Assembly (NCBI GenBank): GCA_052279835.1
Contig: CP181291.1
Span: 4,192,001-4,256,000 of the forward strand
DNA from: Microcoleus sp.
Lineage (GTDB): Bacteria; Cyanobacteriota; Cyanobacteriia; Cyanobacteriales; Microcoleaceae
Direction: 5' to 3'
Length of the DNA: 64,000 nucleotides
The position numbers and the translations under genes were made by a program. Below are positions 10,503 through 20,439 of the stretch, piece after piece. Position 1 is the first letter of the stretch, and every line of letters starts with the position of its first letter. Under the pieces are notes generated by a model. That model did no database searches. It saw only the letters and a program-made list of their open reading frames with translations, and was not told the origin of the DNA.

Positions 10503-11327
10503 CTAAAATTCCCGAATTTCAGGATGAATAAATTCATAACCCGCTTCCTTAATCTTGAGATTCGACACCCTCGCATTATAAGGACGGACGCTGGGGCTTC
10601 CATCCCAAGTAACTTGAGGCAAATTATTAGCTTCAAAAATGCGATCGAGCAATTGACTACTCGATAGCGGCACATCTCCCACTAAATTGTAAACTCCCTG
10701 CAATCTCTGTTCCAAAGCAAAAATTAATCCCCCAACAATATCATCAAGATGTACCCAATTAGTAGCATCTTCTCCTCGGCCAGGACGAGTAGTGCCGGCC
10801 CAACGTCCAAAGATTTTTACCAATTCTCGTCCAGGTCCATAAATTCCACCCAATCGGAGAATGCAAACTTTGAGATTTGGACTGGATGCTGCTAATAAAA
10901 CTCGTTCTGTTTCTGCGAGAATTTCACCGTTGGGATTAGCAGGTGCGACTGGTGAGTCTTCATTGACTACTGCACCTTGGCGATCGCCATACACTGAATA
11001 AGTCCCTGTATAAATCACCTGCTTGACTGTGGGGTTCTCCTTTAACACTGATACCAAAGTAGTTGCTGTATCTAAGTAACTTTCCTGATAAGCATCAGGA
11101 TTGGGAGCGCCTACACATAGCATAACAGCATCTTGGTCTTGCAATAAAGCAGCGATCGCCTCTTTGTCATTTCCCTTAAGCACAGCCACTCGGTGGACAA
11201 TTGCCTCCAACTGGGCCACTCGTTCCCTGGTGGTGGTAGTCGCAGTCACGGTATAATCAGACTTGGTGCGTAAATTTTTAGCTACCGTTGTACCAACATA
11301 CCCACAACCGACGATCGCAACTTTCAT
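10503..11327 (-). CDS. NAD-dependent epimerase/dehydratase (atypical SDR)
   Basis: IVGCGYVG Rossmann motif, SVYG, LRLGGIYGPGR, NWVHLDD. Confidence 0.9.
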   Translation of the reverse strand: MKVAIVGCGYVGTTVAKNLRTKSDYTVTATTTTRERVAQLEAIVHRVAVLKGNDKEAIAALLQDQDAVMLCVGAPNPDAYQESYLDTATTLVSVLKENPTVKQVIYTGTYSVYGDRQGAVVNEDSPVAPANPNGEILAETERVLLAASSPNLKVCILRLGGIYGPGRELVKIFGRWAGTTRPGRGEDATNWVHLDDIVGGLIFALEQRLQGVYNLVGDVPLSSSQLLDRIFEANNLPQVTWDGSPSVRPYNARVSNLKIKEAGYEFIHPEIREF

Positions 11328-11438
11328 CAAAAATTCTCCTTAGTTTCATCCTCTCTCAAATTATTACCGGTTTCTAAGATATTTTGCTCTCAGTTTTGTG
11401 GTAAAATGTCAATCGTCGCGATCGACTGGATTAGCATC

Positions 11439-12293
11439 ATGTCTGAAACAAATATTTTTGCCACATCCTCAGAAAGTGAACTTTTAGCCTTTTATGGAGC
11501 TTTATTTGCCATCGCAGCCGCGGATGGTTCCGTGGATATTGACGAATTAAATCTACTATTTAAAACCATAAATTTAGACCAGTTTTCTGAATCAGCCAAG
11601 ACTCAAATTCACTCCTACATAGCTAGTCCCCCCGCCCTCAAAGACTGTTTGGGAACTCTCGCCACCTCTGCTGATACACTCCGTTTGGGAATCATGTATT
11701 TTGCCGTCAGCATTGCTTGGGCAAATAATAGCATTCATCCGAAAGAAAGTGAAGCGATCGCATTTGCCCAAACACAGTTAAGAATTTCGGACGAGCAAAT
11801 TCAAGCTATGCAAGAGTCCATCGCAGATTTCAAAAAAATTAGGGAAGTGGCACCGCATCCAACTCAAGCATCAGCATCTTTCAAGTCTGGTGTTTCCCGA
11901 CTCAAAACTGCTGGCATTCCTCTAGATTTAATCGATCCCAAATTAACTGCCACAAACATGAGTAATGCCAAAACTAATTACTCCGATGAAACCTTTTGGG
12001 CTAAACTGAAACAATTTGCTTTAACCGCCGGCAAAGAAGTAGTTGAAAAAGCTTTGATACTATACTACACTGCTCAAAATCCAAAAGTTCCTAGTTGGGC
12101 AAAAGGCGTGGTAATTGGAGCTTTGACTTATTTTATATCTCCGGTCGATGCGATTCCCGATGTATTAGTTGGCATCGGATTTACCGATGATTTGGGAGTA
12201 TTATTAGCAGCCATCGCTACTGTTTCTGTATATATTAATGCTGATACCAAACAACAAGCTAAACAGAAAATGAAAGATTGGTTTGGTACATAA
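11439..12293 (+). CDS. TerB-like domain fused to YkvA/DUF1232 membrane domain
   Basis: AIAAADGSVDIDE (TerB-like) at the N-terminus; YFISPVDAIPD...GFTDD (DUF1232) at the C-terminus. Confidence 0.8.
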   Translation: MSETNIFATSSESELLAFYGALFAIAAADGSVDIDELNLLFKTINLDQFSESAKTQIHSYIASPPALKDCLGTLATSADTLRLGIMYFAVSIAWANNSIHPKESEAIAFAQTQLRISDEQIQAMQESIADFKKIREVAPHPTQASASFKSGVSRLKTAGIPLDLIDPKLTATNMSNAKTNYSDETFWAKLKQFALTAGKEVVEKALILYYTAQNPKVPSWAKGVVIGALTYFISPVDAIPDVLVGIGFTDDLGVLLAAIATVSVYINADTKQQAKQKMKDWFGT

Positions 12294-12413
12294 TATTAAG
12301 TCTGGTTAATCAACTCCCATTAAATTGGTTGGTAGTGAGGACTTTAGTCATCAAGAACCTAAAGTTATCAATGGGAATCAAGTCCTCACTAAGGATTTAA
12401 TGAGTCTAGCGAA

Positions 12414-12728
12414 TCACTCTTTAAGAGGTTTGCCTTCTCGATTCACAATCCGGCTTTCACCATCTGATGCCGTCACATTTTCATAAACGCCTTCATCCCG
12501 CTTGACGTACTTACTGAAGCCCTGATTTTTATATTCCGTGTCGGAAGTGGGCTTCATCAACCTCGGAGCGCTCAACAATCGGCGCACCGTCGCATCTGCG
12601 GGCGTGTCTCCAAGTTCACACTTAGCCAACTCACACAGTTGGCCCCAAGTCGAAACTTCCAGGCTCATACTGTGCCAAACTTCTAGCTGCTGGTTGTTGC
12701 TGGAACAGAAATAATCGTATACAGGCAT
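12414..12728 (-). CDS. FmdB-family zinc-ribbon-like protein
   Basis: MPVYDYFC...VRRLLSAP...GFSKYVK. Confidence 0.75.
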   Translation of the reverse strand: MPVYDYFCSSNNQQLEVWHSMSLEVSTWGQLCELAKCELGDTPADATVRRLLSAPRLMKPTSDTEYKNQGFSKYVKRDEGVYENVTASDGESRIVNREGKPLKE

Positions 12729-13099
12729 AGCAAAAATCTCGATCGCAACTACTAAAATTATTAATTGCCGACTTGTTTCGACTATTTTAGCTGAAAATCA
12801 CTCTAAATTCAACAGAAATAAGTAAAAGTTACTATTTTAAATAGTCGTTGACAAACTGCCATCAGCTATATAATTAACCCTGTGCAGTTGGTGGAGATCG
12901 TGATGGAGACAATGCTCTTTCCCGATCCTAACCCGATCGCCGTAGCAGTTTGCACAACTATAGCTCGATCGACGGCTAGCCAATGACCCCAAACCTGCAT
13001 GAATGCCGTCACAGGATCGATCGTAATTTTCTGACAGCACAAAAATCACTGACCATAACTTTCAATTTTATTTATTTACTCACAACCGAGGATTTACGG

Positions 13100-13681
13100 A
13101 TGAGCGATTTCAAAGTTACACCAGAAGTAGAGCTAAAAACAGCTCAAATGTTAGAGCGATATCAACTGCAAGACGAGGCAATTTTACGACGTTGGGCAAA
13201 ACTGCACGGCATCAATAGCACTCGCGGTTTCTTCTATCCCAGCGAAGTAGACTTGATCGATCATGCCCACCATCACATTTACAATTTGGGAATGAGTATT
13301 GCTGACTATCAAAGTCTTTTAGACCGCCGTCGCGATTATTCTCAAACCGCTGGAGACCAGAACCAAACAGTGGATAGTCAAGTAGCGAATGAAGCTTATG
13401 ATGCTATAGAAATGTTGACCGAACAGTATTCTGAAGCTGTTGATTTAATGGGAGAACGCATAGCAGATCATTTCATCGACGAACTAGATTTATCTGTGAT
13501 GAGACACCTTTCTCAAAAAGTGAAAGACCGCCGTGTACTCAACGGTCAAAACCCCAAGCCGAACCGTTTTCTGCAAGTGATAAAAGCCGTGCTACAACCT
13601 AGCAATGGCAATACGCTTTTGGTCCCAAAAAAAAGTGACGACCCTAGTTTAGAATTAGAACATCACCACCGACTCGGCTAA
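13100..13681 (+). CDS. Hypothetical protein, possible N-terminal MerR-like HTH
   Basis: GAGG RBS before ATG 13100; LERYQL..AILRRWAK..GI...FYPSEVDLI pattern. Confidence 0.6.
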   Translation: MSDFKVTPEVELKTAQMLERYQLQDEAILRRWAKLHGINSTRGFFYPSEVDLIDHAHHHIYNLGMSIADYQSLLDRRRDYSQTAGDQNQTVDSQVANEAYDAIEMLTEQYSEAVDLMGERIADHFIDELDLSVMRHLSQKVKDRRVLNGQNPKPNRFLQVIKAVLQPSNGNTLLVPKKSDDPSLELEHHHRLG

Positions 13682-13959
13682 GGTAAAAACCTAAAAAAAA
13701 ATACCAAAAACCCCGACTTTAGAGAGAAGTCGGGGAGTTTTACCAGCAGGAAGAAGGAATACGAAAGCAGGAAGATGGCAGAAAAAAGCAGGAATAAAAT
13801 TAAGAAAATTAAGGGTTTTAGCTATTAAAAACTTCCTTAGCGTCAGGGCATTTTTTATAATAAAAAATAAATTTATGACTACAGAGGGATTTGTTCTCTG
13901 CCGAAATCAGAGATAATAATAAGTCGATCGCACCAGTCCAACTCGCTGAATATAAAAAA

Positions 13960-14433
13960 ATGATTAAATCATGGATGGTAATTGGAATTGTTGTTTTGCT
14001 AGTAGGATTAGCTTCTAACTTAATCGCGCCCAGCGATATTAAGTGGTTCAATCGACTGCAACGTCCCAGATGGTTAGTATTTGAAAAAGCAATTCCGTTA
14101 ATTTGGACGGTAATTTTTATTTGTGGAGCTTGGTCAGCAGTGATTGTTTGGGAAAAATCACCATGGACTCAGGAGACTTGGTGGCGAATGGCTTTGTACC
14201 TGCTTTTAGAAATAGTTACTATGTCTTACACGTCGGTGATGTGCAAACTTCGCAGCCTGAAAGTCGGCACCATTATTGGCGGGACAGGCGCTATTTTAAG
14301 CGTCATGCTGGCTTTAAGCGTGTTGCAAGTTTCTGAACCAGCGGCCCTGTTACTACTGCCTTATATACTTTGGAGTCCGATCGGCACTTACACAACTTGG
14401 GCAATGATGCACTTGAATCCGGCGGATGTTTAA
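13960..14433 (+). CDS. tspO: TspO/MBR tryptophan-rich sensory protein
   Basis: WFNRLQRPRWL, IWTVIF, LLLPYILWSP. Confidence 0.9.
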   Translation: MIKSWMVIGIVVLLVGLASNLIAPSDIKWFNRLQRPRWLVFEKAIPLIWTVIFICGAWSAVIVWEKSPWTQETWWRMALYLLLEIVTMSYTSVMCKLRSLKVGTIIGGTGAILSVMLALSVLQVSEPAALLLLPYILWSPIGTYTTWAMMHLNPADV

Positions 14434-14527
14434 GATCAAATCCGGTAGCATCATCCTGTATTCATCTCTCTTCTCTCCCTCTGTGTTCTCTGCGCCCTCT
14501 GTGGTTAAATCACCTGACGATGCCACC

Positions 14528-16591
14528 TTAAAACCGATTTGGAGGCCGAGACGGCTCACTTTCCGGCGGAACAGGAGGCTCAGATTCAGCAACCGGAGCA
14601 TTGAGCGACTGTTGCCAAACTTGGATTTGCGATCGCGCCTCATCAAAAGACCGAGTACCGGCAGGAATTTTCTTCAAAATAGCGATCGCCCCTGCTAAAT
14701 CCGACGAAGACTGTTCCATCCCCATCGCCAAAATCCGCTGACTCCACTCCTCAATCGCCTGAGTCGCTTGCGATCGCAGAGAACTCCCCTCCGGCACCTG
14801 ACGAGCCAGGGAAATCGCCGTTTCCAAAGCATCAGGAGTCCCAGCTTGAGCCGCCTGACGAGCACTCTCCAACCCTTGCTGGCTTTGAGCCTGAACATCC
14901 CAAGTCCGAATGTTCGATCGAGCTTGCTCGTACAGCACCCGTCCCGGTCGAATCCGCCTCGCCATCTCTATAGCCTCCGTCAAATAGCCGCTGGCCGCTA
15001 GCTGCTGAGCTCTGTCCAAAAACGGCTGGTCAACCAGTCGCTGTCTCCTGTCAATCCAAGCTTGAATTTTAGTCTGAGCTTCCCCATACAGAACTCTACC
15101 TTGACCGATCCTCCTAGCTTGAGCAACGGCAGCTTCCAGAGCATTTGGATCGCCTGTATTCGCCAATTCATTAGCCTTTTGCAGAAACGGACTGTCTTCG
15201 ATCTGCTCGATTTGACGGCTGAAGCGACTAATTTGGGCGCGAGCTTCCCCAGAACGAGGATTGGCTTCGGGAACTGTTTGCAATTGGCCGATCGCAGCCT
15301 TTAAATCCTTCACCCCTCCCGGTGCCGCCAGCCTAGAGGCCAAATCCAAAGTTTTCACATCAGCAATTTCCTGTTGCCAACGGTTGACTAAATCTTGAGC
15401 TTTTTTGTATAAAGGACGGCTCGAATTTAAATTTTTAGCCATCGCTACAGCCTTCGACAAACCATCAACATTACCTGTCAAAGCTTGACCAGTAGCATTG
15501 GCCAACTCATTAAAATCTTTGACTTGTTCCTGTAAACTGCCACCGTCAGGAATCTGGTTGGCGATCGCGATCGCCTGCTGCCAATCACCTGATTCCAAAC
15601 GCTTTTGAGCCAGAGCAAAAATTTTCTGACTCAACTCCCCGATCAGCTTATTTGCAGCTTGATACAAATAACTCTTTTGGTCAATTCCCTGAGCCAGCTT
15701 AATCGCCGTCACCAGGTTATCCACTCCTCCATCCTCCGCTTTATTGCGGGCTTTAATTAACTTATTACCCTCAGCTTTAGTCGCCTGAATTGCCTGAGTT
15801 ATTTCCTCATATTTAGTGGACTCCCAGAAAGTATTCCCAGTATCCAATAACAAAGTTGCTTCACGGAAAGCTAGAACCCACTCTTCCTTACGCAAGTGGT
15901 TTTCTGCCGTGCGGTAAATTTTTTCTGCATCGTTCCAACTAGACTGCCACTTTTCAATCTGCTTTTCCACCATGGGATAAGCGGGAACATTTTGAGGGAC
16001 TTTACGGGCGATCGCGATCGCCTCCGCCAGTTTTCCTTCTTGAAAACTCACATTTCCCAGCCTGAGAATATCCTCCGCCCACCGATCGATTTGACCGTTA
16101 ATTCTCGGCCGCATCGGGTGATCCTGTGGCAAAGCATTCACTAATTCGATCGCCCTGAGCAAATCATCCGCCGTCCGTTTGCTAGCAGCTTCTTGAGCAC
16201 AAAAAAAGCGATCGTTAGCCGAAGCCGTCGGCCAAAAAATCTTCGAGCAATTGGACTGAGAAGTCAGGTTGAACAAAGATGCAATTGCCACAAACCCCAT
16301 ACCCACCGACAGCATCAAACTCACCGCCAGCCAAAATTGCCACTTCTTGGACCACCGCAGCCACCAAGGATTTTTTTCTGCCGGTGGCTGGGAATGTTCC
16401 CCCAACGAACTCGGCGGTAATGCCGGATGCTCTCCTGGCATTTTCCCCGAAGTCAACATATCGCGGAGTTCTTTTAGTCTCTCAGCGCGGTTTTTCCGTG
16501 CGGGAACAGGCACTAATGATGAAGTATCTGGTGTTGGTTCCAAGGATTTTGATGCAGACCAATGGCCTGGTGTTTTGGGATCTTGACTCAT
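14528..16591 (-). CDS. Membrane-anchored helical-repeat (TPR-like) cyanobacterial protein
   Basis: One transmembrane segment followed by repeated A(I)A.A..(I/V)P...Y..AQ..I..W units. Start uncertain (16591 or 16690). Confidence 0.75.
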   Translation of the reverse strand: MSQDPKTPGHWSASKSLEPTPDTSSLVPVPARKNRAERLKELRDMLTSGKMPGEHPALPPSSLGEHSQPPAEKNPWWLRWSKKWQFWLAVSLMLSVGMGFVAIASLFNLTSQSNCSKIFWPTASANDRFFCAQEAASKRTADDLLRAIELVNALPQDHPMRPRINGQIDRWAEDILRLGNVSFQEGKLAEAIAIARKVPQNVPAYPMVEKQIEKWQSSWNDAEKIYRTAENHLRKEEWVLAFREATLLLDTGNTFWESTKYEEITQAIQATKAEGNKLIKARNKAEDGGVDNLVTAIKLAQGIDQKSYLYQAANKLIGELSQKIFALAQKRLESGDWQQAIAIANQIPDGGSLQEQVKDFNELANATGQALTGNVDGLSKAVAMAKNLNSSRPLYKKAQDLVNRWQQEIADVKTLDLASRLAAPGGVKDLKAAIGQLQTVPEANPRSGEARAQISRFSRQIEQIEDSPFLQKANELANTGDPNALEAAVAQARRIGQGRVLYGEAQTKIQAWIDRRQRLVDQPFLDRAQQLAASGYLTEAIEMARRIRPGRVLYEQARSNIRTWDVQAQSQQGLESARQAAQAGTPDALETAISLARQVPEGSSLRSQATQAIEEWSQRILAMGMEQSSSDLAGAIAILKKIPAGTRSFDEARSQIQVWQQSLNAPVAESEPPVPPESEPSRPPNRF

Positions 16592-16744
16592 AGAAGCTAA
16601 TCTAGCCGACTGATTTATACTAGGCAGAAGACTACCCACAGTCAACATTGTGGCAGCGCATCCGGCGATCGATAAATTGGCAATGGGCAATTAGTCAACA
16701 GCCAAAGCCTCATTCCTGCCCATTGCCAATTACACATTATTGCC

Positions 16745-17644
16745 CTAAGAGCCGGACTGCGATCGCAAATCCCCAATCAATTCAGCCAATTGATCGCTGC
16801 TAGCCTTGTACACCTCATTACAGAAATGGCAAGTAGCCTCCGCCCCGTCATCTTTTTCAATCATGTCTTGAAGTTCCGCCTCGCCCAGCATTTTTAAGGC
16901 TCCCAAAACTCGATCGAACGAACAGCTACATTGAAAGCGGACCATTTGAGTTTCCGGGAAAATTTCCAGCCCCATATCTCCCAGTAGCTGTTCGAGAATC
17001 TCGTGCAAAGTTTTACCCGATCGCAATAGTGGCGTAAAGCCAGAAAGATCTGCCACTCGCGACTCCAGAGTAGCAATCAGTGCTTCATCCCTCGCCGCCT
17101 TCGGCAGAACTTGCAGCAACACACCCCCAGAGGCTTGGACCCCATCTGCCCCAACAAACACCCCCAAAACCAAAGCCGAAGGAGTCTGCTCAGAAGTTGC
17201 CAAGTAGTGAGTCAGATCGTCACCAATTTCGCCGGAAACCAACTCCACCGTACTAGAGTAAGGGTAGCCAAATCCAACATCCCGGACCACATACAAATAG
17301 CCATTACCTATGGCCCCACCCACATCAAGTTTGCCTTTAGCATTGGGCGGTAGTTCCACCTCTGGATTTTCCACATAACCCCGAACCGTACCATCGAGTC
17401 CCGCATCGATCAGCAATCCGCCCAGAGGCCCATCTCCTTTGATCCGAATATTAACCCTAGATTCAGGCCGCTTCATGCTAGAAACCAGTAACAGTCCCGC
17501 AGACATCGTGCGGCCAAGGGCTGCCGTCGCCACGTAGGAAAGTTTGTGCCTCTGTCTGGCTTCTTCAGTCAGGCGGGTAGTGATGACGGCTACAGCACGA
17601 ATTCCGCCGTCTGCTGCTGTAGCCCGAATTAATTGATCTGCCAT
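16745..17644 (-). CDS. hslO: Redox-regulated chaperone Hsp33
   Basis: ALGRTM, SEQTPS, CSCS...CHFC zinc centre. Confidence 0.97.
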   Translation of the reverse strand: MADQLIRATAADGGIRAVAVITTRLTEEARQRHKLSYVATAALGRTMSAGLLLVSSMKRPESRVNIRIKGDGPLGGLLIDAGLDGTVRGYVENPEVELPPNAKGKLDVGGAIGNGYLYVVRDVGFGYPYSSTVELVSGEIGDDLTHYLATSEQTPSALVLGVFVGADGVQASGGVLLQVLPKAARDEALIATLESRVADLSGFTPLLRSGKTLHEILEQLLGDMGLEIFPETQMVRFQCSCSFDRVLGALKMLGEAELQDMIEKDDGAEATCHFCNEVYKASSDQLAELIGDLRSQSGS

Positions 17645-18030
17645 GAAAAACCTTACTTTTGCCTTGTAATCACTGCTTCAATCATTTTACGAGTTCCTTC
17701 AGGTTGTCGTAGCAGGCCATTTAGTTTTGGTAGCAGACTTGTCCCGATCGCGCTATCTAATTTTTTTAACTCTCAAATCAATATTTTTAGAGTGGGCGAC
17801 TTATTTTATAAAATTTAAATGCTTTTTTTCAATAAATAACCCCCTGAGCAGTATACAATCTGCGAGTTCGATCGCAAAAACTGCCGATTCATCAATCAAT
17901 ATACAAAGTTAAAACAATTAACCAAAGCTTATCTTTCCGCTAACCAGACGATTACCAAGCCTTTACCTTCATCAGTTAGAGTCAGAGACATAGGTCTCAA
18001 ACCACTGTTTTTTAGCTGGAAAAAAGAGAT

Positions 18031-18693
18031 ATGCCACTAACTTCTAAGCCACCTTTAGCAGAAATCCAGCATAGCACAGGGATCGAGCGGAACTTGCATT
18101 TTTATGGCAAGGGCGAAACAATTCCTCTGATGTCCCAAGGCCTGTGGCAAGTTTGTCAAGGTCTAGTGCAATTGAGTACCCTTTATCCAAGTGGGGAAGA
18201 AGGACTTTTAGGTTGGGCGGGGCCTTCAATGTGCTTCGGTTTATGGTTGACCAGCTTGCAGACTTACCAGGCTACTGCAACATCAGATGTCTACTTGATC
18301 TGGTATTCTATGGTAGAAATCGAAGCTTCTCCTCAATTAGCTCAGGATTTGCTGCCTCAAATGGGCAGGCGACTCCGACAAATGGAAGCTATTTTGGCGA
18401 TCGCCGGACAGCGCCGAGTTGAAGACCGTTTGTATCAGCTACTATTATTGTTGAAACAAGAATTCGGTCAGACAGTAGTTGAAGGGACTCGTTTGAATAT
18501 CCGCTTAACACATCAAGATATTGCTAATGCGATTTGCACTACCCGCGTGACGGTAACGCGAATGCTAGGAAAATTGCAGCAGCAAGAGTTAATTATTAGA
18601 GACAAAGACCGTCATTTGATTCTCAAAAAAGATGTTTTTGCGTCCGCATCCGATTTGTTTGGTTACAAACCTCAAGCAGTCATTAGTCATTGA
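18031..18693 (+). CDS. Crp/Fnr-family transcriptional regulator
   Basis: LTHQDIANAICTTRVTVTRML HTH. Confidence 0.92.
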   Translation: MPLTSKPPLAEIQHSTGIERNLHFYGKGETIPLMSQGLWQVCQGLVQLSTLYPSGEEGLLGWAGPSMCFGLWLTSLQTYQATATSDVYLIWYSMVEIEASPQLAQDLLPQMGRRLRQMEAILAIAGQRRVEDRLYQLLLLLKQEFGQTVVEGTRLNIRLTHQDIANAICTTRVTVTRMLGKLQQQELIIRDKDRHLILKKDVFASASDLFGYKPQAVISH

Positions 18694-18775
18694 AAAAATA
18701 ACAACCTGAAAATGTTAGTTCGATCGCAAATTAGCCTTTCCAGGCTGTTTCCGGCGTCCCTCCAAAGAAACCACC

Positions 18776-19915
18776 TCAGCTTCGGAAACTCTCCCTCGCC
18801 ACCCGAATCAGCAGCCCCGACAACAAAAAACTTGCCACCATCGAAGAACCGCCATAACTAAAAAACGGTAGCGGCAAACCCGTAGTCGGCAAAACCCCCG
18901 TCGCCACCCCAATATTCAGCAGCGACTGTCCCACCATCACCACCATCGCCCCGATCGCCACCAACTGAGACTCAACATTCCGCGCCTTCATCGCCACCCT
19001 CAAAGCCACAGTAGCGTACACCCCCAACATCAACAACAGCGAGAAACCTCCCACCAAACCAAACTCCTCAGCAAACACAGCAAAAATAAAATCGCTGTAC
19101 TGAATCGGTAAATAAAATAACTTTTGCTGGGACATCCCCAAACCCACACCCCAAATACCACCCGAACCTACCGCCAGCAGACTTTGAACCAACTGATAGC
19201 CATCTTGCATCGGATCTGCCCAAGGATTCAGAAAAGACATAATCCGGCGGCGCTGATATTCCCGAAAACTAATACTTAAAACCGCCAATAGCATTCCGCC
19301 GATCGCGGTTGCGCCCAACTGCAAAGCAGGCAAATTAGCCGCCAAAGCCACCAACCACAAAGTCATCCCGCACAAAGCCGTGGTACTTAAATTCGGCTGT
19401 AACAAAATTCCCAACAGCATCGCCCCGAAAATTCCCAACCAAGTAAAGCGAACTTTATTCGTCAATCGAGGCCAGTTGCCGAAAATGCGAGCACTTTGGA
19501 GAACGAAAAAGGGTTTAATCAACTCCGAAGGTTGAATAATCGGAACAGGGCCCAGAGATATCCAGCGAGTCGCCCCGTTGATGGTGGTTCCCACTCCGGG
19601 AGCTAAAGTCAGCCACAGCAACCCCAGCAACATCAGAATGCCCCACTGAGCTGTTTTGATTAGGTAGCGCAGGGGGGAGTAGATCATCAAGTTAAAACCT
19701 GCCAGCCCGATCGCCACTGCGATTAGCTGTCGTTTCATATAATAAAGACCATCTCCAAATTCTGAATTGGCGATCGGATAGGAAGCCGAGAACAAAGCTG
19801 TCAGCCCGACAAACAGCCACAGGAAAGTCAGCCACCTCAGCCAGCGCGCCTCAGCAGCCCATTGAGATACGGTAGGGTCTAAAAATGGAATAAAGCGTCG
19901 AATATCAGCAGCCAT
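18776..19915 (-). CDS. ftsW: FtsW/RodA (SEDS) family protein
   Basis: GATRW, QPSELIK, LQPNL, DFIFAVFAEEFG, LPFFSYGGSS. Confidence 0.9.
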   Translation of the reverse strand: MAADIRRFIPFLDPTVSQWAAEARWLRWLTFLWLFVGLTALFSASYPIANSEFGDGLYYMKRQLIAVAIGLAGFNLMIYSPLRYLIKTAQWGILMLLGLLWLTLAPGVGTTINGATRWISLGPVPIIQPSELIKPFFVLQSARIFGNWPRLTNKVRFTWLGIFGAMLLGILLQPNLSTTALCGMTLWLVALAANLPALQLGATAIGGMLLAVLSISFREYQRRRIMSFLNPWADPMQDGYQLVQSLLAVGSGGIWGVGLGMSQQKLFYLPIQYSDFIFAVFAEEFGLVGGFSLLLMLGVYATVALRVAMKARNVESQLVAIGAMVVMVGQSLLNIGVATGVLPTTGLPLPFFSYGGSSMVASFLLSGLLIRVARESFRS

Positions 19916-19951
19916 AGGATTTCAAAACGATCTCAATAAACTATAACAAAG

Positions 19952-20266
19952 ATGATTACAGTACCAGATTGGTTGATTTACTCGTTAATCTGTTCTCTAT
20001 TATATGGTTTTTGGGGTTTTTTCGGTAATTTAGCGACTAAATATGTTGACTACCAAACTGCTTTTTTTTATGAAGCAATTGGTGCTATCTTAATGACTTT
20101 ATTTATTCTTATTCAAAATAATAGTTTGAGTTTTCAGGGAGATGTGAGGGGAATTTTGTTTGCTGTTTATTGGGGTTTTGTTCGCGATAATCGCAGTGAT
20201 ACTGTCGGCTTATTGAAATATTTGCGATCGGATTATGTACTATTAAGTAGAATATCGAGGTCATGA
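19952..20266 (+). pseudogene. Truncated EamA/DMT-family transporter
   Basis: The first ~75 aa are hydrophobic and EamA-like (WLIYSL...LYGFWGFFG); the sequence then loses membrane character and runs into a dispersed repeat. Confidence 0.55.
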
Positions 20267-20439
20267 TTTAACCGCAGAGAGCGCAGAGGACACAGAGGGA
20301 GAGAAGAGAGAGATGAATAATTCCGATGCTACCGGATTTGATATCTCCTGGGATATTAGGCTATTTGTCATAAACCGGGTTTTTGGGTAATATTTGCTAA
20401 GCGTAAATTGCCCATCGGAAAACCCGGTTTTTTCGAGTT

